Part shown: positions 12,715 to 25,839 of the stretch, piece by piece | Numbering within the stretch: the first letter of the stretch is position 1 | How the letters are laid out: each line of letters starts with the position of its first letter | Assembly: GCA_011109175.1 (NCBI GenBank) | Contig: RDEW01000021.1 | Location: forward strand, 830,049 to 878,841 | Reading direction: 5' to 3' | Origin: Dicyema japonicum | Lineage: Eukaryota; Animalia; Dicyemida | Length of the DNA: 48,793 nt | The notes under the pieces: generated by a model | What the model was told of the DNA's origin: nothing | Database searches by the model: none | The model's input: only the letters and a program-made list of their open reading frames with translations | Program-made: the position numbers and the translations under genes

Positions 12715-14112
12715 GTCATAAGTGCCGGGAAAAGTCCTGATGGCCCTGAATTCGAATCTCGCTGCTGGATATTTCAATTGAAGGTTCTAAGCGTCTATGA
12801 TGCTTTTGGTATGACGAGTGACGCCGTATGAGTGAATTTTCACTGCGTAACCGTCTGAATATGACTCACATTATCATTATTAGAAGCACTCCCGTGAAAA
12901 CAAAATTAATTAAGCCTCCCTTTTACCGTATTCCGAATTATCCTCTCCGTCAGCCTCGACCATGATCTTCTGTTGCGCGATAGTTTTCTTAAATCGTCCG
13001 CCGAAGTTAGTCTCACACCAACCGTCGATAGGTCTTCATTCAAGATAGTCTGAAGTGTCGTTCTTGGCCTTTCTCGGAATCCGGCTCCTGTGTGTGCGAA
13101 GTAGTTGTCCATTGCGACATTTGTGGGGATCTGCTCATTTAGACGTAACACGTGGCCAAAGAGGCTCGATCATGGTTTGAAAATATCATCTGACAGCACC
13201 CCGGGTTTGCATTTATTATAAAGGTTTGCATTATAGATCTTCATGGGCCAGTTGATCTTGATTACCGATTTGAGCTGAGCTATGTGGAAAGAGTCAAGAT
13301 GATCAATTCCCCGCTTAGGGATTCTCCAAGTCCCAGAGTTGTAGGTTAGTACCGAGAAGACAAAAACTTTGTGTATTCTAAGCCTGGTGTTTAATCTTAT
13401 CCTGTGGCTCCATATTGACGATATTTTTTTAGTGCATTTTCCTATGAGTAACATATTCAGAGTCTCCTAGAAGTGAGTCCACCTTCTTTTGCCTTATCCA
13501 TGGCTCATACAACCTCCGATCATTACGTGTAAACGTCGTAAACTCCGTTTTGTCGGGATTTACGGATAAGAACCATTTTGAAAATATTTGTGGGAGTACG
13601 CTGAGCATGTGCGAAAGTGTTTGAGTATCCTCAGAAACAAATTCCAGATCGTCCGCATAAATTATCTCGTCATAGTTGTTTCCAATCAGAGCCCTGAACT
13701 CTCTTAGTGCAGGTAAACAATGAAGAGAACTGGGGATAGCGAGTCCCCTTGTGGAACTCCGTGTGAAGTCAGAAAAAAGTTGGAGGTACATTTGCCAATT
13801 TTGACAGAAAGATAAGAGTTCTGCATTAACAGGCGTATTATTTTTAACGTCTGAAAAAAACTCTTCAGAACTTCCATAAGTTTTCCTCGGTGAACCGATT
13901 GAATGCACAAGATTTATCAATTCCAAGTATTTTAATAGATCTTTATACTTTTGACATAGAACACAACTCACATGCAAAAAAAAGAAAAAAAGGAAGTTAA
14001 AATTTCTTGTTTCTTTCCCCTTTCATAATATAACTGTTTGTTGCTCTAATGAAGTGTGTGTCTCCCTATCAGAGTTGCAAGAATTATGGATCTCCTGAAA
14101 AGGCTTTATTAT
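12715..14112 (+). mobile_element. tRNA-derived SINE, copy 4, split by an RTE insertion
   Basis: 5' half at 12715-12871 (TTCGAATCTCGCTGCTG, TGACGAGTGACGCCGT); 3' half at 13966-14112 (AAGTGTGTGTC...GAAAAGGCTTTATTAT). Confidence 0.8.
12872..13965 (-). mobile_element. RTE-clade LINE, 5'-truncated and frameshifted
   Basis: GVPQGDSLSPVLFIVYL, YADDLEF, VFSVLTYNSGTW, FRERPRTTL; 3' end CACGGGAGTGCTT plus TAATAATGATAAT; flanked by ACTCACAT direct repeats. Confidence 0.92.
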
Positions 14113-14559
14113 GAGTCTGACTGAAAGTGGGGAGTGATTGAAAGGTAGTTCACTGGGAAGGAAGGACTGCCATCAACACTACAGAAACACTAAACTTTTC
14201 ATTGTGTCGTTACATCGTGATCGGACACTTCTCTGTCATCACGTTCTAGTGCAAGGACAAGAAAGGAACACCTAATCAAATTGAGGGCTCTGTTGGACGT
14301 GTAGAGGTCACATATCTATCTGGTTCTGGTCTTTAGAAATAACTTCATTCAAAACAACCTTGTTTGAATCAAGACTTGTATCAAACGTTAATTTCCTCAA
14401 GCCACATCTCGATGAGCATATTTGAGGCTCACAAAATTTCTTATTACCTAATCCTACCTAGAAAATTATAGTGATGTATCAGCATTATCGACAAATATAG
14501 GAATCGACAATGGTAAAGATTTATTGCAGCAGAGATGCATCTTTTCCTAAGGCGCTATG

Positions 14560-14950
14560 CTACTGGAAGGAGATGGTACCAACATCATTTTTATGTACAC
14601 CAGGTCCTTCCAAAGGAAAAGGAAGGATTTTGAAGATATTATCGACTCCTTGGATGTATACGTATTGGTCCTCAACGAGACAAAGTGCAAGGATGCGACT
14701 GCTGCAGACTTGTTATTTCCTTTGAGCTATTCACATAGAGGTTCGGGTATCAGGGAATTAATGACATCCTAGAGGAATACATGAGGACAAACTTCTATAT
14801 GCGTACCCCCTGGGGATAAATCTCCTGCACATAACAGGCCTGATTTTAAGTAAAATAATACACAGAAAATTGCTTATTTGTATGCGGCGAAATGTAGATA
14901 CGAAGAAAATCGTATCAGTTGTTCGGCCAAGAGAATTTGTCGAGAAGTCT
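14560..14950 (+). mobile_element. Degenerate LINE apurinic endonuclease remnant
   Basis: NIIFMYTRSFQRKRKDFEDIIDSLDVYVLVLNETKC resembles the APE N-terminal N..G..K...D(V/I)..L.ETK motif. Confidence 0.5.
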
Positions 14951-15118
14951 ACGATGAAAGGAGAGATGAGAAAATTAATCAAGCAGTCTAAAAGTTGAAT
15001 ATTGTTTATCAGTAAAATTATTATAAATATTAAGTTATCAGTTTAATAATTTATATTTTCAAGTAAAATAATAAATTGCTTAACTTTGGCGCATTTAAAA
15101 AGTTTTTGTGTGTGTATA

Positions 15119-16775
15119 ATGTCTGCTAACAATACTAACAATTTCTCTAATTTATCTACAAATTCTGTGCAAAATAAGGACCCTGTGGTCAAAACAAAAA
15201 TGCGACCTCAAGATCGGCCAATTCTTTCTTCTTTATACCGGAGGATGAATTGTGCGTTGACTTCCAAGGCGGACAAGATCGCTCTTTCCACCCTTTTTAA
15301 GCGTTTTGAAGGTTATATTCAAACTTAAATGTCTAAAGATGATGATCTGAAAGATTTGTCTGAGAAAGACGCTATGGGGAGGAAAATGGTCGGTTCCAAT
15401 CTGCTTCTCTCGGACAGGATGAGTTTCAACGCCCACCTTTTGGAGGCAAAGGTTTCTAATGATCCCGATTCTTCCTTGAGAGATATGCTCCCCAGCAACG
15501 CATATGAGGAGAGACTTAACTATATTCTCTTTGACGGAGATCTAAGAACAAAAAACGTGTTGCAATTCAAAAAAATGGCTAAAAAATCGTCAGATTCTTG
15601 TATTTGTCTAATTTACACAGATTTGTCGAATCACGAGATTCTCAAAAATATCGGATTGGAGCACATAAAGAGTCCAGTCAAGGAAAGCATCGCACATGAG
15701 CCGATAGAAACCTTCAAATGCAACATTTTGGACGACTTTTGTAAGCATTTATGTTACGCAGACCTTAATTTGATTGATTTCTCTACAAATCACTGGTTGG
15801 CTTTGGGAGTTGATAAATCAGTGTTTATTTGGAACAGAAACGTTGGTAAATCTGCTACACGTCTGTCGTCCTCTATTCAAGAGAACGAATTTGTTTCTTC
15901 CATCTCATGGTCCCCTTGTGGACAACTACTGGCCATTGGAAGTTCTGACGGTACCGTAGAGGTATTCTGACTTTTCATTCTAGATTAATAATTTTGAGAA
16001 GGGGGTCTCCAATACCAAAATAAATGTACTAATGGGAAGAATTGCTTGTCTATCATGGAATGGAAACATTCTAAGCTGGTTTAGTCATTTATATAAGAGT
16101 AGTGGTACAAAGTCAGGGATTATCTACAATTACGATATGAGGAAGCCAAAACATCACATTTGTTCGCTAAAACGACACGAGCTTGAGGTGTGTGGACTAA
16201 GATGGAATTCTGATGGTACAAGACTTGCCTCTGGTGGGAATGATGACCTTGTCTGTGTGTGGGAGTTTAATTCAACTAAAAGACCACTAAATTCGTTCAG
16301 ACACAATGCTGCTGTTAAGGCAATTGATTGGTATCCCCTCAACAATTCCATTTTGGCTACAGGTGGAGGAACTGACGACAAGAAAATAAGGATTTTCAAT
16401 GTGGACAGAGGCACTGAACTGTTTAAGACTGATACTGGGTGTCAAGTAAACTGTTGGTGGATTGTTAGGTTTCCGCTGTGTTTTTCTCCAAACATAGCAA
16501 TGAACTGTTCAGTACCCAGGGGTACGATAAGAATGATATCTCTGTGTGGAAGCTGCCCAATTTGGAGAAGAGTTACAGTTTAAGAGGTAGTAGAATTTGT
16601 GATTGTAGCCCACTCTGAACGGATCCTCTCAATGACGATGACTCCTGATGGCACGGAATTAGCCACTGCTTCGACAGACAGTACTCTTAAGATTTGGAGT
16701 TGTGCAAGGAGTGAACAATTGGATATTACTAAATTAGTTGATCCAATTGACAAATTACATTCCTTAATCCGATGA
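15119..16775 (+). CDS. CDC20: Cdc20/Fizzy APC/C activator
   Basis: LDDFYLNLIDFS, WD40 repeats (LKRHELEVCGLRWNSDGTRLASGGNDDLV; HNAAVKAIDW; LATGGGTDDKKIRIFN), KNVLQFK motif and C-terminal IR tail. Seven GT-AG introns of 21-27 nt. Confidence 0.95.
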
Positions 16776-16984
16776 CTATAATTTCTATTAATATTTTATG
16801 TTTATTGATTTTTTGTATTAATTGTTTTCTATTATTTTAATACTTATTGAATCGCTCTTGGTGTGTTGGAATGGCTTTTTAATAGGCCAATGATAATCGA
16901 TCATTTGGTGTGGAATCTACTTTGCACATTATCTGTGGTTGTCGGGAATTATGTGTCACGGGCTAATTGTCCTATCGAGCCATT

Positions 16985-17230
16985 TATTATTAACCCCAGG
17001 CTTACAATCTTTGGTAAGTCCAGTAAACAGTCATAACTAATTAATCTAAGGAAGGAACCCAATCTGATTGTCTCGACAAAATCAATCCTCCAATAGTACA
17101 TTACAAGCTTCCGATACAGAAGAAATATGGAGAATAAGTTCGCCCTCTTCCATTTTCATCATATCTCCTACTTTCGCGGACATCATTTCATTTTTCTCCG
17201 GAAGAGTTTTCATAATGTAATCTCCACCAG
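16985..17230 (-). mobile_element. I/Jockey-group LINE 3' end remnant
   Basis: LLED...FVETIRL resembles the family C-terminus; 3' tail CCTGGGGTTAATAATAA. Confidence 0.55.
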
Positions 17231-17293
17231 CAGATTTGGGTAGGTAATTAAATTTTATTTGGAAAAAGTATCAACACAAATTTTCCTTAAAAT

Positions 17294-17960
17294 ATGTCTA
17301 AACCTTATAAAAATATCAAAAATTTGGGGGTAAAACATGCAAGTGCTGTTAAGTTGTTGACTTTGAAGCTTTCTCAGAGGAAAGAGGAGGGATCAGATGG
17401 CAACAGTTGTCAAAAAAAGCACCAGAGCTGTGATACGTTGCAGCTCAAGCATGTTTATGATGTCTTCGCACGGAATCTCGCTTCAGTGGGAGATATCCCC
17501 TTTGAGGACCGCAGAGTCACTCGCAAGATTCTTCATAGTATGGTTAACGAAATAGTGTTAACCTGCATTAACAAGGCAGTGAATTATGCAGTGGAGGCCA
17601 AGTCAGTAGGGTCACTGGGTAACATCTCCCTTGTGTTGTATGAGGCACATATCACCTATGAGGAATTGAGAATTCCCAGTAAATGGAGAGAACAGATCTG
17701 TACCAAGATTGGATAAAGACAGACAGGGTTGGAATCACTGGAAGAGTACATAAGTTGTGTGGCAAGAGGGGACGAAAGGTAAAGCACAGTTTATATTAAG
17801 AGGGGTACTTAGTAAACGCCGTGTTCCAAAATGGACCTCATCATAGAAACTGACATTACTTCCTATGACCGTTTGCAGTCTGTAGAGGTGGAGAAAAAAA
17901 GGAAGTATGACATCCTTGCAAACGAGATGTGGCAGATGTTTGGATGGGAAGGAAGTTAGG
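17294..17960 (+). CDS. Hypothetical protein, multi-exon
   Basis: 140-codon ORF continues in frame across a 27-nt GT-AG intron (..EQI/WLESLEEYISCVARGDE); 3' exons unresolved. Confidence 0.6.
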
Positions 17961-18369
17961 TAAATAGGAAGCTCCAGGTCAACCTACATTCCACTGTTTT
18001 AAGTGAACCCTAGTGAGTCCTACACTGGAGTAAAAAAGGTAGATCTCGAAAATGGCCTATGGGCAGAGAGCTCAATTAGACAATAAGCACTCGGAGCTGT
18101 TTCAGCAACCATAATCGAAGCTGTCTAAGAAAACTGACACAAGGTTGTTAATTTTTAAATAGTAACTTTTTTGGTTGGTTAATTAAAGTTACTAAAATAA
18201 ATATTGATTAAGTGTTAAATGCCATGTGGTTTGCTGACGACGTGGGAGATGTCGAGCCAAACCATGGACCAGATTCCAATTGCATTTAGTTGAACTTTCT
18301 CTAACATTAGTCACTGCATATCTTCACCTTTAATTTCTTGTTCTTCCCGTGTTCGTAGTGCTTATTTGT

Positions 18370-18680
18370 GGTGGCCTCAAAGCGAAGCATACATTAATCT
18401 GCCATTAGTCATTGACTGCAACTTTATGTCCCCTTCTGGAAACAGTTTAGATTGGACGACAACGAAAGTTGATGAGATCAGCTACAACCCCCTCCACGAA
18501 GCCATGACCAAATACCTTAAAAATCACCAAAGATACGAGACAATTACATGTCAATTCTGAAGAGCCATCCATGATTCTCGTCCACATGAATAGTACCTCC
18601 CTCATGTCGATCTGGGGTCATTTAGCTGGATACTTCCTTTTTCCTTTAGCCCTGTGATCCTGGGGTAACAATAATGATTA
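18370..18680 (+). mobile_element. I/Jockey-group LINE 3' end remnant
   Basis: ATGTCGATCTGGGGTCATTTAGCT and TGATCCTGGGGTAACAATAAT match the 3' ends at 8320-8450 and 33020-33090. Confidence 0.75.
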
Positions 18681-19144
18681 ATTAAGTGTTAATTGTGTTA
18701 ATAGAACACAACGTTCTCACCACGTGGCAATCACATGGTTGAATTGCCTACTTGAGATTGGAAAATAAACTTTTTCTTTGATAAAAGTAGGAAAGGAAAA
18801 CAAGTGGATATTGTTGATATCAAGTTTAATGATGGTTTGTTATCAAAAAATTCTTAGATAATTGTGTTAATAGAACACAACGTTCTCACCACGTGGCAAT
18901 CACATGGTTGAATTGCCTACTTGAGATTGGAAAATAAACTTTTTCTTTGATAAAAGTAGGAAAGGAAAACAAGTGGATATTGTTGATATCAAGTTTAATG
19001 ATGGTTTGTTATCAAAAAATTCTTAGATAGTTAATGTCTAATTAAAGTATATTCAGCTCACAAGGTAGGAGTAAGACGCATCCTTTAAAAAATTCTTTTG
19101 CAGTTGCCAAGGGAAACAGCCATTTAATTCTTTCAAATTAGTTA

Positions 19145-19466
19145 AGCACTACCGCGTTGTCATGAGCACGTAAAATTCCTAGGGTTTCGCTCGTGCAAAG
19201 CACACACATTATTTAAGTAAAGAACAGTTATTATAACTAATCGTAGAGGGAGAACCAAGGAATGCTTTTCACTTTTTTGTTTTTTCTTTTTCTTGTGTGT
19301 ATGTCCTTTTGACTATTCAGTTCCTCAGTGAATCTCCACTGATGACGGCGTCACTTGTCAAGCCTTTTTCGCACCGTAGATGCGTGAAACCTTCCACCAG
19401 GTGAACAGCAGCGAGAATAGAACCCGTGACCTAAGCCACTTTCCCCCGACACCTAACCACTGTGTA
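19145..19466 (-). mobile_element. tRNA-derived SINE, copy 5 (near full length)
   Basis: Head CAGTGGTTAGGTGTCGGGG..GGGTTCTATTCTCGCTGCTG, core TGACGCCGTCATCAGTG, 3' end CGCGGTAGTGCTTAAC. Confidence 0.87.
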
Positions 19467-20357
19467 ATTCTTTCAGTTGGATTATTTTGATTGTTTTGTT
19501 ACGCAATAACGACCTGCAAAATTCTAGAATCATCTTTCATCATCTACCTTCTGTCAAATGATCCTCAAATTTCAATTGGGCGGAGGAGATTTGAACTTCA
19601 GTCGATCTCCCCATCATGTCCCTGCCACAGAAAAAGACAAACAGAGGCATTCATCCATCATGAAGCTAGGTAGATATATGTACAAAAAGTGGACTACCAC
19701 CCAACCTTCAAAATAATCAACAAAATCTCCCAAATTTAGACCAAAACGTCCACAAGATTCGTTAATCCAAGAAAAAAGCTTAGCAAATTAGGTTTTGTAT
19801 GTTGATTAGTTTCAAGTGAATTAATGATCAATTATTATATTGATTTATTCATTTTAATTGGTTCATGCATTCATTGAATAGCACATTAATAGAGATTATT
19901 TCACCTGACTAAACCACATGGATCCTTAAAGGAATTATGACCATAATGACAGCAGCCACTAAAATAAGTGTAATTAAAGTCTAGGATCTGTTGAATTTTA
20001 ATATTAATTTATTTTCAGAATTTATAATTAATTTTAGTTAAACATTAAGTTAATTTTTTTATTATGGGAAATAATAAGCCTGTGTGCTAGTCACTTATTG
20101 TATGGAATCGATTTTATCGCCCTTTTGTATTGAATATAAAGTACAGACACCTAATTACATGTATGAGCCTATGAGGTAAAAACTTAAGCCACAAGATAGC
20201 TTGCATATTTATTTGTGCCCAGAGTTTGCATACTAATTTAGCTGTCACAGCTGTCAGGTTGAATATTAAATGTGACATTAAAAGAATAAATTATTTTGTC
20301 TATTAAAAATAAAGTTTATTAAATTATTTAATTATTAATGGATAACCAACTAATAAA

Positions 20358-20700
20358 TCAATATTTTATAATTAATAGAGCAGTTTTACATGAATTCTGG
20401 TGTTTATGAAAGAAAGTCGTTATCTCAAAATATTTGGTCCAAGACAAATTCCTTTGCAGAACATATACTCGCGTTTTTCTGAGTAATAAGTGATATAACC
20501 CGTTATAAGGTTCGGCAACGTTGAATTCGCATGCTACGCGGATCCTTCCGAGATTTGTGCCATCGTCGCTTTTATGAACATAGGCACAGCCCTCATGGCC
20601 ATTAAGCACTGTCAAGAAGTAAACGGAATCCCAATAACTGTGGACTTTTGCGACCACTCCGTAATGTAGGGTACTAAATATGCGGTTATCGCTTACCACA
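20358..20700 (-). CDS. Hypothetical small protein, divergent from SPEN
   Basis: 113-codon open frame containing intron-like 21-30 nt GT..AG segments; start not found. Confidence 0.45.
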
Positions 20701-21068
20701 GAAAATCACTTAGTTTAGTTTGGCAATGCACTCTGTCCGTACATGTATTGGAATATGTGATTGATTAGTGATATTATTGATTGTAGGACTTATAATCCGC
20801 AAATCTTATTAGGGCGGGATATAAGCCTATTAGAGCGAATTATGACCTAATTTTGCAGTCTGATGGATTTATTGCTGGTTGCCTAGTTTCCCCAACCATC
20901 ATCAATACTGTACTTTACTGTCCACGTGTATGCATTTGAATATTCTAATTTACTTCCTCGTATAAAATTTTCGCCTAATTTAGCGCAAGTTACGATTAAT
21001 ATAATACGTTATACAGCAGCGCTATTTAATATTTATCAGCAGTCGGTCTGTTTATTTTTAGTTGTGAG

Positions 21069-24000
21069 ATGGATGGTGGTTACGACCTACAAGAGACTAG
21101 GTATGTGGTTTTACACCGCAGCATGCTTGTCATTTAATTATGCGCTATAATATTATTGTCTTAGATTCCCCAAAGACGACAAATGTGCCATTTTGGTGGG
21201 TGGGTTGCCTCCATTCAGAACTGTACCGATTAGTCAAGTCAATGTGAATGATTACCACGTGATTGCTTCCAAAATCAAACGACAGCTGACGTCTGCTTTG
21301 GAAAAGTACGGAAAAGTTGATAACATGCGCTGTTTCTCTGATAAATCTGGTCTAATCAGATGTATTGTTACTTTCAATAGGTTTATTTATGGGGGTTACT
21401 TCCTAGATATACTGATTGTGCCTCATTTTTGAGTAAAACTCACTTGATAAAGATATATGAAAGTGTTTTGACCTTCGAAGGTTGCCATGCTGACGGTAAG
21501 TATTTATAAATTTGCATTTTACTCCGCTAATATCGATTAAATGACTTAACGAGTTGATAATTAGGCCAATTACCCGATTTAATTATGTATTTTTAGATTA
21601 TAAGAATGAAGATCATTTGGGAGACATTGATGATGAAACACTCATGGAAGCCTCAAGGACACTATACATTAGTAATATTCACGAACGTACCACGCGTGAT
21701 GACTTGTGGGATCATTTCTCTAAATATGGACATATTATAGTATTTTAGTCCAGTTCCTTTAGACCGTTGATTCTAGTAGGATGCCGTTGTACGCCTTTAT
21801 TCAGTTTGCCAGTATAAGCTCCGTTGTAAGGGCCATGACTGCTGGTCGAGTAGACTACATGTGGGGAAGAAGGCTTAAAGTATCCTCATATTTGCATTTA
21901 AGCTCAATTTCGGTAAGACTCTGCAGTGGAAAATGTTATGGGTTAAGATCAATGGCCATTTTAATAAAAATGACGTCATCGATCATATCAAACGTTTTTC
22001 TAGACCTGAGCGTTTTCATATTGATTGGAATCGCTCAGAAATGCTTGTGTGGTTTCGACGAACCGATGACGCTGTATATACTGTCAAGAAGCTTCGTGAA
22101 CACCCATCAGATGGGGAATTCTTTATATTGGTTAGTTGTCGATTAATCCATGCAGATTGATTTCTCGAGTGATAAAATGGACAGCTATTTTTTCTATCGT
22201 GGTGATATCGATACTGTCTGTGATAGGTGTACTGTTGGTATAATTTTAGTAAATACGATAAGCCCACGCAACGAGAGACGTCATATGATTCGTCTATTGG
22301 GACTTGCGAGTCTAGTGGTGGGAATACTCTCAATAGGGAATCAATTCATAGCAGTTTCTCATTTATTAATTCTATAGGTTTGAATGCATCATTAAATGGT
22401 AATGATAAGCTTGTTGTGGTTGACACGTGTGACCCTGTCCTTGATAAAGTTGAAAAATTTTATAACACAATCCATTCACAATTATCCCATAATATCTCTG
22501 TGCCTCGTGATTTTTCATCCACATTAATGAATTCAGTGATATCATGTCTGCGATCAACCAATACATTGACTCGTCCCCCATCCCCACATTTGGACACTTC
22601 TTTAATGACATTGGAAGATTATCAAATTAAACAAAAAGTAGTTAACGATTCATCAAAACTAAACAGTGAAAATGTCATTAATGTTGCCTCAGATATGCAT
22701 GACTCTGCAGAGAAAGTGAAAGTTGTTAAGGAAGATCCATCAAAGTTTGCGAGGAAGTATAGTAATGCTGACACGTGCACAGTCTCTGATAATATGTCAG
22801 TATCCGATGACAGTTTTATCGACAAAAAAGTGTCGCATAAAATAAAAAGAACTTCCGAGTATTCAAGTGATTTTTTGAACGATCTGTTTGTCCCCGACAA
22901 TGTATTACCAAAGAATGGAGGGTCTAAGCAGGCAAGACCTGAGATACGGTCACATGACAAGGATAGTGAGACAAATGAAAATTTGGAGACAAAACATGAG
23001 CAGAACGGAAATATTTCGGATGAAATTATTAAAAATGATAGTGACATATTACTGAGTGATGTGAGAAATGAACATGTTGAGTCAGTAGAGGATGATGACT
23101 TTTCTCTGCCAAAAAGGCAAAAGAAGAGGATATCTAATGTGTGTATCGATAGTGACGATGATAATAAGATTGGCTTTGATGTGTATAATGATATTGTTGC
23201 TAATGCCGTGAAGGATGTTGGAATATCAATGTACGACTCTATCAAAATAAGGAGAATATACGGAGATTGTAAAAAACAAGAAACCCAGCTTCCAATGGAA
23301 TACAAGTCTCGTAAACGGAAATATAGTAGTGATTCTAGTTGTCATATGAGTTCTGTTGAAGATGTTCCTGATTCTAAGGAAAAAACTGAGGTTAATGTGT
23401 GGAATACTGACATTATGGTTAATGGATGTGAGGAAGCAAAAATGGAAGTAATTCAAAATGAGGTTGTTGATGTTAAGGAAGAAAGTGAACTCGTGAGTGT
23501 ATCAGAGACTGATCCAAAACAACCTATTGTTAAAGGTGTTCAGATTAGTCCATCCTCATTCAATGGTTCCAAGAAGAAGAAATCCTCCAAAGTCAAGATT
23601 TCTGTTGGACTGAGTAGAGTCTTGAAGAACAATGTGAAGTTTTTAAGAAACCACGAAGCCTCAAAGATGATTCCTACAAAGGATGTTGTAACCAATGTCT
23701 CTGTTAAGGATGAGACAGTAGAAGATACTAAAGAACCAGAGTTGGAGGAAAATGTCAAAAGTTCGACTTCTACCTGTAGTAATTATGATAAATCTGACTC
23801 TGACTCAACAATTACAGTAGTACACCCAGAGGATAGTATTCGTTCCCCTGCTAGAGACGAAGAATGTCCTGGTCCACCAATTATCTTTCCTAATAATGAT
23901 TCCCAACAAACTAGTCAGTCTTCTGATCCTACTTTATTGGAATTTGTGGCTAATGAACAACCAGAACCTAATATGTACTCAGTCTTATTATTTGTAGTGT

Positions 24001-25097
24001 GGAATGTCCCCCGGTAAATCAGATGACAACTCAAATGGGTTACCCTCAATCATATGTATATTCAAATATTCCTGTTTCTCTTAAATTTGGAGATTTGCAA
24101 CAATTCTACTACCAACAACCCTCAATATATATATCCCCCGTTGATGTACTATTTGTTTAATATTTGTAGATGATGAGACCACAGACTCGGTTTGTTCACC
24201 CTAATGGATATGTTTATGAAACATTCCCTCAGCAAACGGGAAATTACTGTTTACAGCCAATATCCCTTATTCAGAGACCGGTTTTCTTATTTATTTAATT
24301 GTAGACTAACATTCCATTTGACTACTCACTTATTCCTGCTAACTTTTTACCAGTTCAATATGTGAGTCCATGTGGGCAGTCATCCTATGTACAAAGAATG
24401 TCAAATGATAATTCATTGCTGTGCCAACAAAGTGTGAGAATTCAACAACCGTATCTGTCTGATGTGGGATACTATATGTCTGTACCGAACATCCCCACTG
24501 ATAGTCCATCGAAACAGTTACCAGGATCAGAGTTCCAAACTCCCACAAAGGACCAATTCAAAGTCACATCCATAAGGGAAGTAAAGATTCTTAATGGATC
24601 ACTGTTTATTAAAAAGGCAGCAGTGAAAGTGGAGTACCACTACATATCTGGGAAATACTCATTGGCTGAGAGAATAATGCACGTGGATAGGTTAATAGTC
24701 CCAGATTTATACATGACCCAGAGAATGCGATTAGTGCAATCCCAGTTTGATGAAGTTGAGAAGAGACTGAAGGTTAGTGTTATTATAATTCAGATTGTTG
24801 ATAATTGGTGCTGCTTTGCAGTTATTCCCAAGAAAGAAGCAGATAATCTTATTATATTTCGAACTAATTTTATTCAGTATTTGTCCACAAAGAATGTTGC
24901 TGGAATTGTCTCTTATAATACTTCTAAGGAAAGAACAGTAGTTGTATGTTTTTAGTTTGTAGGATGAGTTGTTCCCTGTTATATATTTTGTGCCCCCCAG
25001 TGAGTTTGGTTCGTCTTTATTGAAGAGGTGGACATCCGAAGATAATATATTCAGATTTGAGAAGGATATATTTGTTGCCATTGTATGTGACAAATGA
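21069..25097 (+). CDS. SPEN: Split ends/SHARP (RRM + SPOC) protein; 5' end approximate
   Basis: RRMs ASRTLYISNI, MPLYAFIQFASISSVVRAM and RLKLNFGKT match SPEN RRM3/4. SPOC motifs MTQRMRL, FIQYLSTKNVAGIV and YFVPPSEF. Long acidic middle exon; introns mostly 21-30 nt; TGA at 25097. Confidence 0.92.
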
Positions 25098-25839
25098 AAC
25101 TTTAACCACAACCTTGCTGTTGTCACTTGATGGCTCTCGCCAGACGAACGTTATATTTTATATCATGTGAATACATTTTTCTCATTTAATACTAAGATAT
25201 TTATATTTACATCAGACTTTTATTTTACATCCAACAGCCATACATTTGTGATAAGAGTGAATTTATTACATTAGTCGTGTGGTACCTGTTTTGCGCAGCT
25301 GTTCCCTCTCAGGATAGCAAGAATCCTTACTAAAATGATTATGTTCTGGCTTGTTGGTAAGCTAGGAATGGAGGGTTGTGTTATATTTTTAATGAAAAAG
25401 TTGGATTTAACAGAACCCAGTCGGCACTGTCCAAATTGATAAAACTCTAAGGTGATTTCAAATGATAAATTTTACTTATCAGCCCACACAATGTCAGCAG
25501 CCTATACGTTGACATACGACAACTATTAAAATTGTCAATTTATCAATTTTAGTGTATATTCAAAGTAAGTTTGACATGCACGAGAATAAAGTAGTCACAA
25601 CTGAAAATAGAAAATAGTCGTAGTCATTTAAATTAGTAATCAATCACAGTCACGCCCTTCCACTCAACCTGTGGTGAGACTTTTTGTTTTGAAATTCAAT
25701 AAACTTTTGTTATTTATTATATAATTTTATTAACATTTGTTTCTTTGTTAAATAATTGTCTTTAATAAAAAAATTTTTATTTAATAAAATAGTTGTTATG
25801 ACAGGTCTCCACTATTGCTTACAGGCATTGAGCACACAA

